64,000 nucleotides of DNA from an uncultured virus (IMG/VR IMGVR_UViG_2888331157_000001) (taxonomy: Duplodnaviria > Heunggongvirae > Uroviricota > Caudoviricetes): IMG/VR virus record IMGVR_UViG_2888331157_000001; one strand, written 5' to 3'. Below, in pieces: positions 18,861 to 28,804 of this stretch. The notes below the pieces were generated by a model. It was given only the letters and a program-made list of their open reading frames with translations, was not told the origin of the DNA and did not search any database. The first letter of the stretch is position 1. The number at the start of each line of letters is the position of its first letter. A program made the position numbers and the translations under genes.

Positions 18861-19785
18861 CGACATCATCAAGCGGCGACTGAAATCGCTGCGCCAGCGC
18901 GAGCAAGAGAAGTCGGATGCGGCGGCAGCCCGCAAGGCTGCCATCGAACAGCGCGCGGCGGCCAACGGATTGTCGATCGAGATGCAAGAGGCCGTAGACG
19001 CGCCCAACACATACGCGACGGTGTGCCGGCCGATGCCCCTCTCATTCTACTATGGCGAGGGCTCTACGCCGGAGCGGGATGCCGCATTCATGGCGCGACG
19101 CGCTGCATTCTACGCCCTTTGTGCCAAGGCCTTCGGATTCGAGGGTTGGCACCTTGAGCCGTACGCCTACGAGATGAGTGTGGCCGACGCTGTCCTGCGA
19201 TCTGCCTTCGGCGGCCGTGACATGAAGTTGAGCCTGATCGATCAGGATCATGCCTCGATCGTGAACACCAGCGCTGCGCCGCTCGAATTCATGGTTGCGC
19301 AGAGGTGGCTCGAAACCCCGAAGGACCCGCCCGGGTATGGCATCCTGCGGTTCTCAGCAGCAGTCCGGTTCCGCGACGAGGTTGCCGGCTCGCAGTCGGG
19401 TGGCTTGAAGTCGCAGAACCTCGAAGGCGGTAGTGGCGGCTTCGGGCCACGCCTCGTGTCCGATTACGCCCTCGACTGCATATCGAAGGTGTCAGCAGTT
19501 CGTGCAAGGCTGCATCCAGGCCTATACCGGTTGCTCTACATGGTGGTGATCGACGATTTGTGGGTATGGGAGATCGATGCCAAGAAGGCTGTCCGCAACG
19601 CCAAGTCACGCCCCCCAGGGAAGCGCACACAGGCTCAGCGCATCTTTCACGAAGCGCGCCGGCGGCAACTGCAGGCGAGACGCGACCGCATCATCCTCAA
19701 GCTTCATAAGGCGCTCGACAGTGCGGCGGTCGTGTTTCGATACATGAGCGAAGCTGAGTACGACGCGCGCTGGGCGACGCGCTAG
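18850..19785 (+). CDS. Hypothetical protein in the late-regulator position
   Basis: Last gene of the rightward arm; function inferred from position only. Confidence 0.55.
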   Translation: MPGNDIIKRRLKSLRQREQEKSDAAAARKAAIEQRAAANGLSIEMQEAVDAPNTYATVCRPMPLSFYYGEGSTPERDAAFMARRAAFYALCAKAFGFEGWHLEPYAYEMSVADAVLRSAFGGRDMKLSLIDQDHASIVNTSAAPLEFMVAQRWLETPKDPPGYGILRFSAAVRFRDEVAGSQSGGLKSQNLEGGSGGFGPRLVSDYALDCISKVSAVRARLHPGLYRLLYMVVIDDLWVWEIDAKKAVRNAKSRPPGKRTQAQRIFHEARRRQLQARRDRIILKLHKALDSAAVVFRYMSEAEYDARWATR

Positions 19786-20096
19786 TCGGCACCAACGATC
19801 TTGTCGACAGCGGCATGCAGCTCCGTCGCTATGGTCCCTGCCCTCTCGCGCAGCGCGCGGACCTTGGCAAGATCCTCATCAGCTTCCGGCGTCCACGGCT
19901 GCAATCCGGCGCGCAGCGCGGCCATCGCAAGGCGGTCCTGCAAGGTCAACTCTGCCTCGGCATCGCGCTTACGGGTGAGCTGGCGGCCGGACAGGCCCAT
20001 CTGCTCGGCGGCAGCCGATACCTGCTTGCCGTTGAAGCCCATCCGCTCCAGCCAGATCGCGACTTCTGATGGGTTCCTGGTATCCATGTCAGTCAC
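19782..20096 (-). CDS. Small HTH protein
   Basis: W.ERMGF...AAAEQMGLSGRQL HTH. Confidence 0.65.
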   Translation of the reverse strand: MTDMDTRNPSEVAIWLERMGFNGKQVSAAAEQMGLSGRQLTRKRDAEAELTLQDRLAMAALRAGLQPWTPEADEDLAKVRALRERAGTIATELHAAVDKIVGAD

Positions 20097-20580
20097 TCCT
20101 AAGCCCTTGCGCCTGGTCCGTGATGGCGCGCGCTTTGACGTAGTTCTCCTCGATCGACAGCAGCCTGATCAGAACTTGCGCCGAGTGCGGAATATCCTGG
20201 GCACCATCGATCCATCCCATGACACGCGCCTGCGGTACGCCATAGATCTCGGCGAACTCCGTCGGCGTCAGGTCGGCGTCGACAAGAAGCTGCGCTAGAT
20301 CGGCGCCGGTGAGCCGATCGTATCCACCTGCCTTGCGAGGGTCGGACATGCGGGATTCGAGAACGGCCTTCATGACGCGCAATGCCATGAACTCGGCATC
20401 CCGCTCGTTGTCGAAGCGGGTAACTCGGTTCTCGCGATCGCGAACCTCGTCAGGAACAAGGCCGGGCAGCGCGAACTGCCCGGCGAAGCCCTTGCCGGAA
20501 GGGTGACGGATTGCCTTGGCAATCGGGCGTGATGCGGGTTTGTCTGCCATCACGTCTGCATAGGCGAGATTTTGAACCAT
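20089..20580 (-). CDS. Protein with C-terminal XRE HTH
   Basis: LTPTEFAEIYGVPQARVMGWIDGAQDIP. Confidence 0.7.
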   Translation of the reverse strand: MVQNLAYADVMADKPASRPIAKAIRHPSGKGFAGQFALPGLVPDEVRDRENRVTRFDNERDAEFMALRVMKAVLESRMSDPRKAGGYDRLTGADLAQLLVDADLTPTEFAEIYGVPQARVMGWIDGAQDIPHSAQVLIRLLSIEENYVKARAITDQAQGLRSD

Positions 20581-20619
20581 GTATATCACCATTCCGAGAG
20601 ATTGTTTGGGACGAAGCGT

Positions 20620-21894
20620 TCAGATGCGATGCGGCATCAGCACGCCTTTCCATCCTGCGATCGATCCGGTGATCAACGCCGGCGACATTCCGTCCGACAT
20701 CGCTATCGTCACATCGCGACCGTCCGGTGCGGCGGCGGTCAGAGCATCGAGCAGGTAGCTGGAGCTGAAGCCAATCTCGATGCGCTCACCGTCATATTGG
20801 CAATCGACCTCCATCGAGCCGCCGCCGACGTCAACCTCCTTGATAGAAATCGTGAGAACGCCGCGCTGGAAGACCAGCTTCACCGCGCCGGCGTTCTTCG
20901 ACCGGATCGCGGTCACCGCCGCTACGGCACCTGCAAGGCGGCTGGCACGCACCGTGGCCAACTTGTCGGTGGCTGTTGGAATGACGCGGGCGTAGTCGGG
21001 GAACGTGCCGTCGACCGTCTTAGACAGCAGCGTCACCGGTCCCCACATGACTGCATACTTGCCCTCGGCCACCATGACCTCAACCGTTGATGGGCAATTC
21101 TTGCCCTTCAAGAGACCGTGCATCAGGTGGAGTGACGCCGCCGGAAGGATGACATTGGGCAGGGCCTTGATGCCATCGACGTCATGGATCTCCTGCCGAT
21201 AGAGCCGGTGGCCATCGGTCGCGGTTAGTGCCAGCGTGTCGCGATCGACGACATGTAGAAATGCCCCGTTCAGATAGTAGCGGGTTTCCTCGGTGCTGAT
21301 CGCGTCCTTCACGGCATCGATGGCATTCCAGAACGCGGAGCCAGGCAGCACGATCTCGACAGGCTCCGATGAGAACCCAGCGACCTCCGGAAAGTCATCG
21401 ACTGGCAGCGAGTTGATCTCGAAGTTCGCCCGGCCGAGACGGACACTCAGGCGATCGCTGACGAAGCTGTTGCGCCGCTCGTCCTCGTAGAGGAGGTTGT
21501 CGCGCTCGTCGGTCATGTGCTCGCCTGTGTCCGGATCAATGACAGGCAGGCTCCGGATCGGCGCTTCCAGCATCTCCAGCGAAAGACGGTTGCGCTCCGT
21601 CTCCGGCAACTTGCGCAGAACATCACGCAGAGCGTGCGCCGGGATGGTAGTGGCGAACTCGTCGGACACGTTCGCCCGAACGTTCACCGATACCTGCATG
21701 TCTAGATTGGTAGCAGTAAGCGTGATGCAACGGTCAATGTCGGGCGTCTTGCTCATCCGGACGTTCGACAAGATCGGGATGGTGGCGTGCTTCTCGACGG
21801 CGCCGATGATGATGCTGAGGGCCGCGAGCATGTCGTCGCGCTCCATAAGTGCAGACGGGCCAGCGTGGGAATGGACGATAGTCATGGCGTTCAC
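20620..21894 (-). CDS. dnaN: DNA polymerase III beta sliding clamp homologue
   Basis: TIPILSNV, ATNLD, LPVDDFP, STEETRYYLNG, ATDGHRL, GTFPDYARVIP, IGFSSSYLLDAL, VLMP. Confidence 0.93.
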   Translation of the reverse strand: MNAMTIVHSHAGPSALMERDDMLAALSIIIGAVEKHATIPILSNVRMSKTPDIDRCITLTATNLDMQVSVNVRANVSDEFATTIPAHALRDVLRKLPETERNRLSLEMLEAPIRSLPVIDPDTGEHMTDERDNLLYEDERRNSFVSDRLSVRLGRANFEINSLPVDDFPEVAGFSSEPVEIVLPGSAFWNAIDAVKDAISTEETRYYLNGAFLHVVDRDTLALTATDGHRLYRQEIHDVDGIKALPNVILPAASLHLMHGLLKGKNCPSTVEVMVAEGKYAVMWGPVTLLSKTVDGTFPDYARVIPTATDKLATVRASRLAGAVAAVTAIRSKNAGAVKLVFQRGVLTISIKEVDVGGGSMEVDCQYDGERIEIGFSSSYLLDALTAAAPDGRDVTIAMSDGMSPALITGSIAGWKGVLMPHRI

Positions 21895-21958
21895 AGGTTC
21901 TCTCCAGGTTGCATGATTGCAGGGGCGGCGCCCGGCCGAAGCCGAGCGCCTAGACGTT

Positions 21959-22141
21959 TCAGCTTTGCGCCAGTTCGTAGCGATCGCCGTTCTTGTCGGT
22001 GGCGATAGTCGGTACGCCGTTGGCACCACCGGTGATCTTGTCCACGCCGAGCACCTTGATCGCCTTTCCCTCAGCGTCGACGGCGTTGATGGTAATGCGG
22101 CCGCCGGCGCGCTTGGCAGTCCAACCGTTAAGCTTGTTCAT
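21959..22141 (-). CDS. Small hypothetical protein
   Basis: GGAG SD; preceded by the hairpin element. Confidence 0.65.
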   Translation of the reverse strand: MNKLNGWTAKRAGGRITINAVDAEGKAIKVLGVDKITGGANGVPTIATDKNGDRYELAQS

Positions 22142-22183
22142 TTCGATCTCCGTTGCGGTGTCATTGTTGACTGGGGTTTTCGC

Positions 22184-24064
22184 TCACGCGCCGATCTTGG
22201 CGGCGAGTTCTCGACGTTTTGCCTTGTGCTCTTCCTCCTTCTTCTTGAGTGACTGTTTCTTGGCAGGCGCCGCCTTCTTGCCCTTCAACGCATAGCCCTT
22301 GATGCGCAGCGCAGCAGGCAGCCAGCCAGTCTCCTTCGCCTTGTCGGCCGCCTCGCGCGCCATGTCTGCCTTCTTGGCTTTGGACGAAGGATTGCCGGTC
22401 ATCTCCTTCATGGCCGCGTCGATCATGGGCTTGGTGCAGGCAGCGAACCAAGCTTCTGCATCGAAGGCCGCGACAGGATCGGCGGCGAAAGCGGTCATGA
22501 ACTCCGACCTGACCCGTTCGCGGATACCGTCGTTCGTATAATCTTTCTGGAACCACTTCTCCGTCAGGTCGATCGTCATGGCAAACAACCCGGCGACATG
22601 AGCGAGCAACTCATCGCCTGTCTTCTTCGACAGATATTCGAACGCTTTATGGATGCCTCGGCTCTTAGAGTCGCTGCGGGAACCATAACCGTATACGTCG
22701 ACACGCTGGACCTGCAGCCTGGTCGGGCGGCCGATGCCCATACAGTGTTCGTCCTGGTGCTCCAGCATCGAGGCGATGAGTGCCAGCGCCATATGCGGAT
22801 TGGCCTGCACGGCCACCTTGAGAGCTGCCGTTGACGTCTCGCCGATCTTGTCCTTGAGCGGCTGCGTTAGTGCCAGAGGGTCCTTCGTCGCCTTGGCTGC
22901 GGCAGCCAGCGGTTCGTCGCCATCATCCGCTTCGCCGTCTGCGTTGAGCTTGGCACCTGGCTTCAGGCAACCACGGCGGATGCGAAGTGTCTCCGCGTCG
23001 AAGACGATTCCGGTTGCCGCCACCTGCTCGGCCGAGAAGCAGTTCGCCTTGGCTTCAAGGGAATCGTATTCTGCGTTGAGCTTCTCAACCTCCGGATCGT
23101 CTTCCATCGCGCCTTCGAGTTCATCGGCGATGGCATCCATCCGAGCCGTTTCTTCGTTGGTGAGTTCGATGCCTGCCGGCGAGACAGCACGAACCGCATA
23201 GGCGTCGTTGATGCCAAGCTCCTCGGTTGTGGCAAAGAACGCCCAGCCTTCGGCAAGCGCTTCGGCGCGCAGCTTTTCGATGGCCTCCGCCTTCAGCCCA
23301 GGGATGAGGTCGGTACTGATCCACATCGAATCTTCGCCGAACAGATCCTCGTGGACGATACCGCCAGCCGCTTGGTAGGCGTCGACGCCGATAAAGCTGG
23401 CCAGGGCGCTGGTGGCTTCAACTGCTGTGTGCCGCATCGCGTTCTTGATGGCCCACGATTCGCCTCGATTGTAATTCCCGGCGTCATTGAAGTGTTTGAT
23501 CTGCGCGTCCTGATCGGGATTGGTGGTGTACGCGCAGGCCGCGCCGAAGTTGACCTTGCCATCCTCGAATGCCGCCAGGATTTCTGGATGCAGCCGCGCC
23601 AGCGCCAGCCGCCCCTTAACGTAACGATCAGTCTGGCCGAAATGGAGCGCAACATCCTCAACGGATTTTCCGCCCTCGACGAGTTTCAGGAATGCACGGA
23701 ACTCGTCGGCCGGCGTCATCTGCTCGCGGATCAGGTTTTCGGCGAGAGATAGTTCGGTAGCGGTTGCATCGTCGGTGTCCCGGATGGTGATTGGCACCGG
23801 GTGGTCTGACGGGAGTTTTCCCTCCTGCACGAGCTCGCCCAAGGCTATCCATCGGCGCCCGCCGGCAAAGATGCGGTAGAGCTGCCCTCCGAGATCGGCG
23901 TCGCCGGTGACTGGCGGCCGCACTGCAATCGGCTGGATGATGTCGTGCGCGAGGATCGAAGCCTTCATCTCCACGATTGCCTCGCGGCTGTGCTTCTTGC
24001 GGACGTTTGCAGCGTCGTCACGGATGAGACGGTCGAAAGGTACTTTCGGTTGTTCGGACTGCAT
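22184..24064 (-). CDS. Large ParB/RepB/Spo0J-domain protein
   Basis: NVRK, IIQPIAV, AGGRRW, LAENLIRE.M.PADE, HTH, RLALARL. Confidence 0.88.
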   Translation of the reverse strand: MQSEQPKVPFDRLIRDDAANVRKKHSREAIVEMKASILAHDIIQPIAVRPPVTGDADLGGQLYRIFAGGRRWIALGELVQEGKLPSDHPVPITIRDTDDATATELSLAENLIREQMTPADEFRAFLKLVEGGKSVEDVALHFGQTDRYVKGRLALARLHPEILAAFEDGKVNFGAACAYTTNPDQDAQIKHFNDAGNYNRGESWAIKNAMRHTAVEATSALASFIGVDAYQAAGGIVHEDLFGEDSMWISTDLIPGLKAEAIEKLRAEALAEGWAFFATTEELGINDAYAVRAVSPAGIELTNEETARMDAIADELEGAMEDDPEVEKLNAEYDSLEAKANCFSAEQVAATGIVFDAETLRIRRGCLKPGAKLNADGEADDGDEPLAAAAKATKDPLALTQPLKDKIGETSTAALKVAVQANPHMALALIASMLEHQDEHCMGIGRPTRLQVQRVDVYGYGSRSDSKSRGIHKAFEYLSKKTGDELLAHVAGLFAMTIDLTEKWFQKDYTNDGIRERVRSEFMTAFAADPVAAFDAEAWFAACTKPMIDAAMKEMTGNPSSKAKKADMAREAADKAKETGWLPAALRIKGYALKGKKAAPAKKQSLKKKEEEHKAKRRELAAKIGA

Positions 24065-24119
24065 GCGTGGTTTCTCCTGTATGGCATGATTGCCGGGTGG
24101 TGAGCGGCTGGCCGCCGCA

Positions 24120-24335
24120 TTACTTCCAGAGGATCAGATCCGATCCATCCAGAAACTGAAGACGTTCGTCGACAGACGTCGCCTTGCTGGTTGTGCCGGC
24201 GCCGTAGCGCACGAACACGATTCTTGCCTCGACGTTTACGGAGGTGACGATGCCCTGCTCGGGCCGGGCATTTGGGTGAGCCGCCGTGTAGATGACGGTG
24301 CGGCCGACCCAAGGGTGAGTAAAATCAACTGGCAT
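24120..24335 (-). CDS. Small hypothetical protein
   Basis: GGAGG SD; beta-rich. Confidence 0.55.
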   Translation of the reverse strand: MPVDFTHPWVGRTVIYTAAHPNARPEQGIVTSVNVEARIVFVRYGAGTTSKATSVDERLQFLDGSDLILWK

Positions 24336-24843
24336 CGGTGCCCTCCAGAACTTCAAAGCGTCCGTCTTCAAACTCCTCGCGGGGACGTGCCCACAGCGAA
24401 CCGTCATCGACGCTGCGATAGATGGCGACTTCCCGAAGATCGACCAAGGCGGTCTCGTCCTCGTCGACGGCTATGTCGCGCCAGTGTTCAGCCTGCATCT
24501 TACCGATGCCGATCAGCGCGTATGTGCTGCCCCGCTTCTTGTGACGGTGGGTTGGCGCGTCCTGCGAGCCCTGCACTGGATGGGATGCGAGCGCTTCGGC
24601 AACTTTCCCGCAATCTGCACCGCTCGTATGGCACCGAGGACAGCAAACATCGCTGTCGTCGCCGAAACTATCGGTGCCGCAATGCTTCGACGAGCCTACC
24701 CAGCCGCAATGATCACATGAGGCAAGATAGTAGGGCTCGCTTGCCTCGAGCGAGACGATCGGGCCAGAGTAGGCAGCCATCTGCTTGAGGTCTTCGAGAC
24801 GATGTTCCTCTGGCGTCATTGCGCCATCCTCATTGTCAGTCAT
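24325..24843 (-). CDS. Zn-ribbon + DUF1653-like protein
   Basis: CDHC...CPRC; THRHKKRGSTY...IYRSVDDGSLWARPREEF. Confidence 0.65.
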   Translation of the reverse strand: MTDNEDGAMTPEEHRLEDLKQMAAYSGPIVSLEASEPYYLASCDHCGWVGSSKHCGTDSFGDDSDVCCPRCHTSGADCGKVAEALASHPVQGSQDAPTHRHKKRGSTYALIGIGKMQAEHWRDIAVDEDETALVDLREVAIYRSVDDGSLWARPREEFEDGRFEVLEGTDAS

Positions 24844-25676
24844 GTTGATTTCCTTTCTGCCATGTTTGGCGGGACAGTGAAGTCGAACGCCATCTGGCCG
24901 GCCTTGGGTGGCGCGGCCTTTGAGACTTTGCGGATGATGGGCTCCGGCGCTTCGATTGCCGGCACTGCGATCGGCTCTGTCGGCGCCGGCGTTGCGATAT
25001 CGAACCGCTTCGGAAACAACCAAGCAGTCGGCGTCAACGAGTAGGCCCACTCTTGCAACGTCAGGGCGTTCCCATGCACTACGATGCCCGAAACGCCGGC
25101 AAGCGACGTCTGAATGTAGCAACCAGCCATCGCCTTGAACTCAACATCGATCATCTGCCAGTGGCAGTGCCGGGCAGGTTCGAAGCCCTGCTCGCGCATG
25201 ATCTCCGCAACGGCGAGAACCATGCCGCCCATGCCGGCGGCAGGCTCATGCGCGGTGAAGTAGCCGCGCGGTGAGGCCGCGATCATCTCGCCAAGGTCAG
25301 GCATGTTCACTCGGGCGATTAGGCTAGAGAGCTCATGCGGCGTGAAGAACTGGCCGTGGTCCTTCGAGCCGCCGATATCCATGTAGACCGGGCCGAGGAA
25401 GTCTTCGCACTTCGCCTCGAGCGCTTCGACCGTGTGGCCCAGCATCTCAACCAGCGCCGCCATAGTCTCCTTCGGGTGACGGCAGCGGCGGACGATCTTC
25501 ATGTATTCGTCCTCGTTCTGCTGCCAGGCATCACCGTGCAGGAACGCGCCGCGGATTGATCGATAGCCAGCTTCAAGGAATGCACGGAAGGCGTCGTATT
25601 GGGTCCAACCTTCCTGACGGCTCAGGGATTGGGCAAGGCGGACGAACGCCTTGCGGTGGGTGTCATGCGGATGCAT
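24840..25676 (-). CDS. Truncated HsdM-like N6-adenine methyltransferase family protein
   Basis: DFLG..Y, GQFFTP, EPAAGMGGM (motif I), IDVE, HGNAL; no NPP[FY] motif. Confidence 0.75.
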   Translation of the reverse strand: MHPHDTHRKAFVRLAQSLSRQEGWTQYDAFRAFLEAGYRSIRGAFLHGDAWQQNEDEYMKIVRRCRHPKETMAALVEMLGHTVEALEAKCEDFLGPVYMDIGGSKDHGQFFTPHELSSLIARVNMPDLGEMIAASPRGYFTAHEPAAGMGGMVLAVAEIMREQGFEPARHCHWQMIDVEFKAMAGCYIQTSLAGVSGIVVHGNALTLQEWAYSLTPTAWLFPKRFDIATPAPTEPIAVPAIEAPEPIIRKVSKAAPPKAGQMAFDFTVPPNMAERKST

Positions 25677-25729
25677 CCGCGATCTCCATCTTTGCCATAG
25701 TCGGCGGGTTCGATCAGGTTGGCCGGTAG

Positions 25730-26566
25730 CTATTTCTTGCGGGCGCCTACCTCCCGGGCGCGGTGTTCGAGCTTGGCGGTGGCCATGATGATCGGCTTCA
25801 ACTCAGTCGGAGCATGGTCATAGTCGCGGCCGTATTTCCCGTTGAGGCGGGGCAGCATAGCGCGCGGCACGGCCTCCCAATTCGACGGGTCGGTGTTGAG
25901 CCTGTCACCGTTTATGCATTTGAGCGCCATGCCGACAGGCAATTGACCATTGGCATCTTCCCACCGGATCTTCTGGACAGTCTGCCAGCGCGACTGTCGC
26001 GGAAGGCCATCATGGACCTTCCGTTCAAGATACCCTTCTTTGCTGAACCGCTCGGTTCCGATCGGTTTGTACTTCTCGGCAGCGGCACCCGTTATGCCGC
26101 CCTTCTTGAACTGGGTCTTGCGGGCATTCGGGTGGCGCCCGCCTTTGCCCGGAGGACACCGCTTTCCTTTGTTGACGGGCGTCATGCCCTTCTCGAAACA
26201 GCCTGTGCGGCCCGTCTTCCAGCCTTTCCGCTTGCGGAGAGCATGCAGGAATCTGGGATAGACATCCTCGCGGCCGAACTTGGTGCAGAACTCGCGGCAG
26301 TAGTCGGAGACGACCATGTCGGCGTTATCTCGAAGCCAGTTCATTTCCTCCGTCGAGAATTTTCGATGGCGACCGTAGAATCGACCCGGGGCACGCCCGA
26401 CGAACCATCCCTTGCGCTTCCTCAGCCCGTGGAGGTTGAGCGCGGAGATATCGTTTCTACGAAACAGCTCGACGAAAGCACTGTGATAGTCGCTGATGAT
26501 CATCGTGCGATTGGCTTCGAGCCAAGCCATCTCGTCGTCGCTGTAATGGATTGGCCGCCCCCTCAT
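25730..26566 (-). CDS. HNH endonuclease-like protein with duplicated N-terminal repeat
   Basis: Two (Y/F)S..EM.WL..N...LH.LRKRKGW repeats; FKKG repeats; NGDRLNTDPSNW (His degenerate). Confidence 0.75.
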   Translation of the reverse strand: MRGRPIHYSDDEMAWLEANRTMIISDYHSAFVELFRRNDISALNLHGLRKRKGWFVGRAPGRFYGRHRKFSTEEMNWLRDNADMVVSDYCREFCTKFGREDVYPRFLHALRKRKGWKTGRTGCFEKGMTPVNKGKRCPPGKGGRHPNARKTQFKKGGITGAAAEKYKPIGTERFSKEGYLERKVHDGLPRQSRWQTVQKIRWEDANGQLPVGMALKCINGDRLNTDPSNWEAVPRAMLPRLNGKYGRDYDHAPTELKPIIMATAKLEHRAREVGARKK

Positions 26567-26814
26567 TTCCCGTCGATCTCCCTGGGCCCGGAGAGCATTG
26601 GCAGGTCTTTGCGGAACCTGTCGCCGTGGTTTGCGACCAGCGTCGCAGCAGCAATTCCAAGGCGTGCGTTGTCGACGATCTTGTCCGCGATCTGGACCAT
26701 CGCCTCCGTGCGCTGGACTTCCGCTTCGAGCTCATCGCTGGTCAATCCCTCTTGCGAGAGACGCTCCATCTGCGCGAACAAATGATCGTTGAGATCGGTG
26801 ATACGGTTCTTCAT
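26563..26814 (-). CDS. Hypothetical phage protein
   Basis: MKNRITDLNDHLFAQMERL motif; AAGGAG SD. Confidence 0.7.
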   Translation of the reverse strand: MKNRITDLNDHLFAQMERLSQEGLTSDELEAEVQRTEAMVQIADKIVDNARLGIAAATLVANHGDRFRKDLPMLSGPREIDGK

Positions 26815-27052
26815 TGTAGATCTCCTTGCGGTGCCATAAGTGGCGGGGTGCGGCGGTCAGGCTGCGGTATCACTCTATCGGCGCAGGACCTTCGCGCCAA
26901 GACTCTCTCGGGTCGAGCAAGCTGCGGTACCGGAGCCGAACTGGAACGCTCCGGACGTCAACCTGCTCCTCGTACTTCTTGCCGGCCTGAGTGGCGTCCA
27001 CCCACTCAGCGCCGTCATAGTCAAAGTCTGCTCTGGCCATTGTCGATGCCTC

Positions 27053-28228
27053 CTAGGCTGCGGTGAGGTAGACAGACTCTCCGAACGGCGTCTTTGCCGC
27101 CAGATCATCGAACGTTCGACTGTCGCCAAACACCGCCCAGATCACCGGGCAATTCGGAGCCTTGCCGAAATCATGAACGTAGAGGTCGGTGAAGAAAACG
27201 ACGGCGGATGCGTCACCGGCATTCTTCGATATCCACTCGAAGACGCCAGAGAACGCGGTACCGCCGCCGCCTTTTGGATCGAGTGCAAGCTCGTCACCGG
27301 CTTCATACGTCTCGACGCGCTGCACCTTCGTGTCGGCGTAGATCACGGTGATGCGATCGACCATGCCGTCGCCGAACGCGCCATTGATCTCGGATGCAAA
27401 GGCAGTCAGCGCCTTGGCGTCGATCGAGCCCGAGGTGTCGACGCACACCACCAGATGAGCAACGCCATCCGATATGACGCCAGGCAGCACCATGTTCTGG
27501 TGCAAGAACCGGCGGTTCGGCCGCGCCCACGAGAAGTCCTTCACGTTGCTCTCGTCGATGAAACGCCGCAGCACTGAGCGCCAGTCGATCACGGGCCGGG
27601 TCAGGCGATTGATCAGCCGCTTCAAGCCGGCCGGCATATTGCCCGCCATCTTCCCGTTGGCGATCGCCGCCGCCTGCCGCACCCTCGTCTCGATGTCGGC
27701 CTTCGCGTCGGCCAGGCCGGCCTCATCGAATGGCGAGCACGCGTCGATCACGCCGCCGCATCCGCCCGGGTCGTTGCCCTGCTGCTGACCGCCGCCGCCA
27801 TTCTGTTGCGCTTCCTCTTCGAGGATACGACACACCTCCTCTGCACCCATGCCAGTGAAGCGCGGATTGAGCAGGCCGCCCTTGGGCATGGAGCCGACAT
27901 TGGTCTCGGACAACTCACCGTTGATGCAGTAGTCCGCCGCGATGTTCCAAAGCCGAGCGTCGCGCATCTGCCGGCGAATGTGGTGCTGCAGCGCGTTGTG
28001 CATCACCTCGTGCGCCAGAACGAAGATCAGCTCCTGCTTGGTCAGGCTCTCCACGAACGGGCCGTGGACGTAGAGCCGCTTCCCGTCGGTGGCCATCGTG
28101 TCGATGCGCGGATCGCCCGTGGCGTCGACCAGTTCGAGCTGGATGGCGAGCGTGGCGAAGAACGGATGATCCCACAGCAGCGACGTGCGGGCGGCGAGCA
28201 ATTTGTCTTCGACTGCTTTGCTAAGCAT
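27053..28228 (-). CDS. DUF2201-type metallopeptidase + VWA-like domain protein
   Basis: PFFATL, TMATDG, HEVMH (HExxH), WNIAADYCIN; MIDAS DTSGS, GGGTAF, FTD. Confidence 0.9.
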   Translation of the reverse strand: MLSKAVEDKLLAARTSLLWDHPFFATLAIQLELVDATGDPRIDTMATDGKRLYVHGPFVESLTKQELIFVLAHEVMHNALQHHIRRQMRDARLWNIAADYCINGELSETNVGSMPKGGLLNPRFTGMGAEEVCRILEEEAQQNGGGGQQQGNDPGGCGGVIDACSPFDEAGLADAKADIETRVRQAAAIANGKMAGNMPAGLKRLINRLTRPVIDWRSVLRRFIDESNVKDFSWARPNRRFLHQNMVLPGVISDGVAHLVVCVDTSGSIDAKALTAFASEINGAFGDGMVDRITVIYADTKVQRVETYEAGDELALDPKGGGGTAFSGVFEWISKNAGDASAVVFFTDLYVHDFGKAPNCPVIWAVFGDSRTFDDLAAKTPFGESVYLTAA

Positions 28229-28529
28229 CGGGATATTCCTTCTCAACTTGCTGATGGATCATGAACGCGACAGCGGCGGAAACTTCGGCAGCGGATAGCC
28301 GAGACTTCAGTAGCGTCGCGCAGGAGAGCTTTGACCAAGTGCTCGGTTGCTGATCGGCGCGGCACGTCAACACCAGCCAACAACGATCACGGCCACGGAG
28401 ATAGAGATAGTATCGGCGGTCTCCTGACATGCGCCCGAATTGCCAGAACATCGTCGGACCCAGGCTTGTCGAAAACGACGTGGTGAACCCTGTCGGAACA
28501 AGGTGCGAAAGCCATTGCGCCCGGGTCAC
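28221..28529 (-). CDS. Paralogue-array member 7
   Basis: WQF...RYYLYL...RCW; C-terminal LLKSRLSAAEVSAAVAFMI. Confidence 0.7.
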   Translation of the reverse strand: MTRAQWLSHLVPTGFTTSFSTSLGPTMFWQFGRMSGDRRYYLYLRGRDRCWLVLTCRADQQPSTWSKLSCATLLKSRLSAAEVSAAVAFMIHQQVEKEYPDA

Positions 28530-28804
28530 GACAGCCCTCCCTCGCGGATCGAAGCCGCCATGCAGGCAGCGATCTCCGAAGGCAGGAGCATTAGCTTGAG
28601 AATTGCCACCTGACGGTCGTTGACCGCATACCTCCTCACGTGACCACCGGGCGTGAACCGCTCACATCGGTATGCCGTGAACCCGCGCTCGCTCTCCCAA
28701 TAGCGGAGTTCATAGAAGACCAGAGGAGCAACTTGGCCGGGCTTCTTGAGGTGCCATTGGAAACGACCGGCATGCTGGCACACCGTGTAGTGCTTGAGCT
28801 TCAT
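28526..28804 (-). CDS. Paralogue-array member 6
   Basis: WHL...FYELRY...RGF; ILKLMLLPSEIAACMAASI. Confidence 0.7.
   Translation of the reverse strand: MKLKHYTVCQHAGRFQWHLKKPGQVAPLVFYELRYWESERGFTAYRCERFTPGGHVRRYAVNDRQVAILKLMLLPSEIAACMAASIREGGLS

Noticed and set aside
19782..20580. Toxin-antitoxin pair
   Set aside because: Both proteins have HTH motifs and no toxin domain is recognisable.
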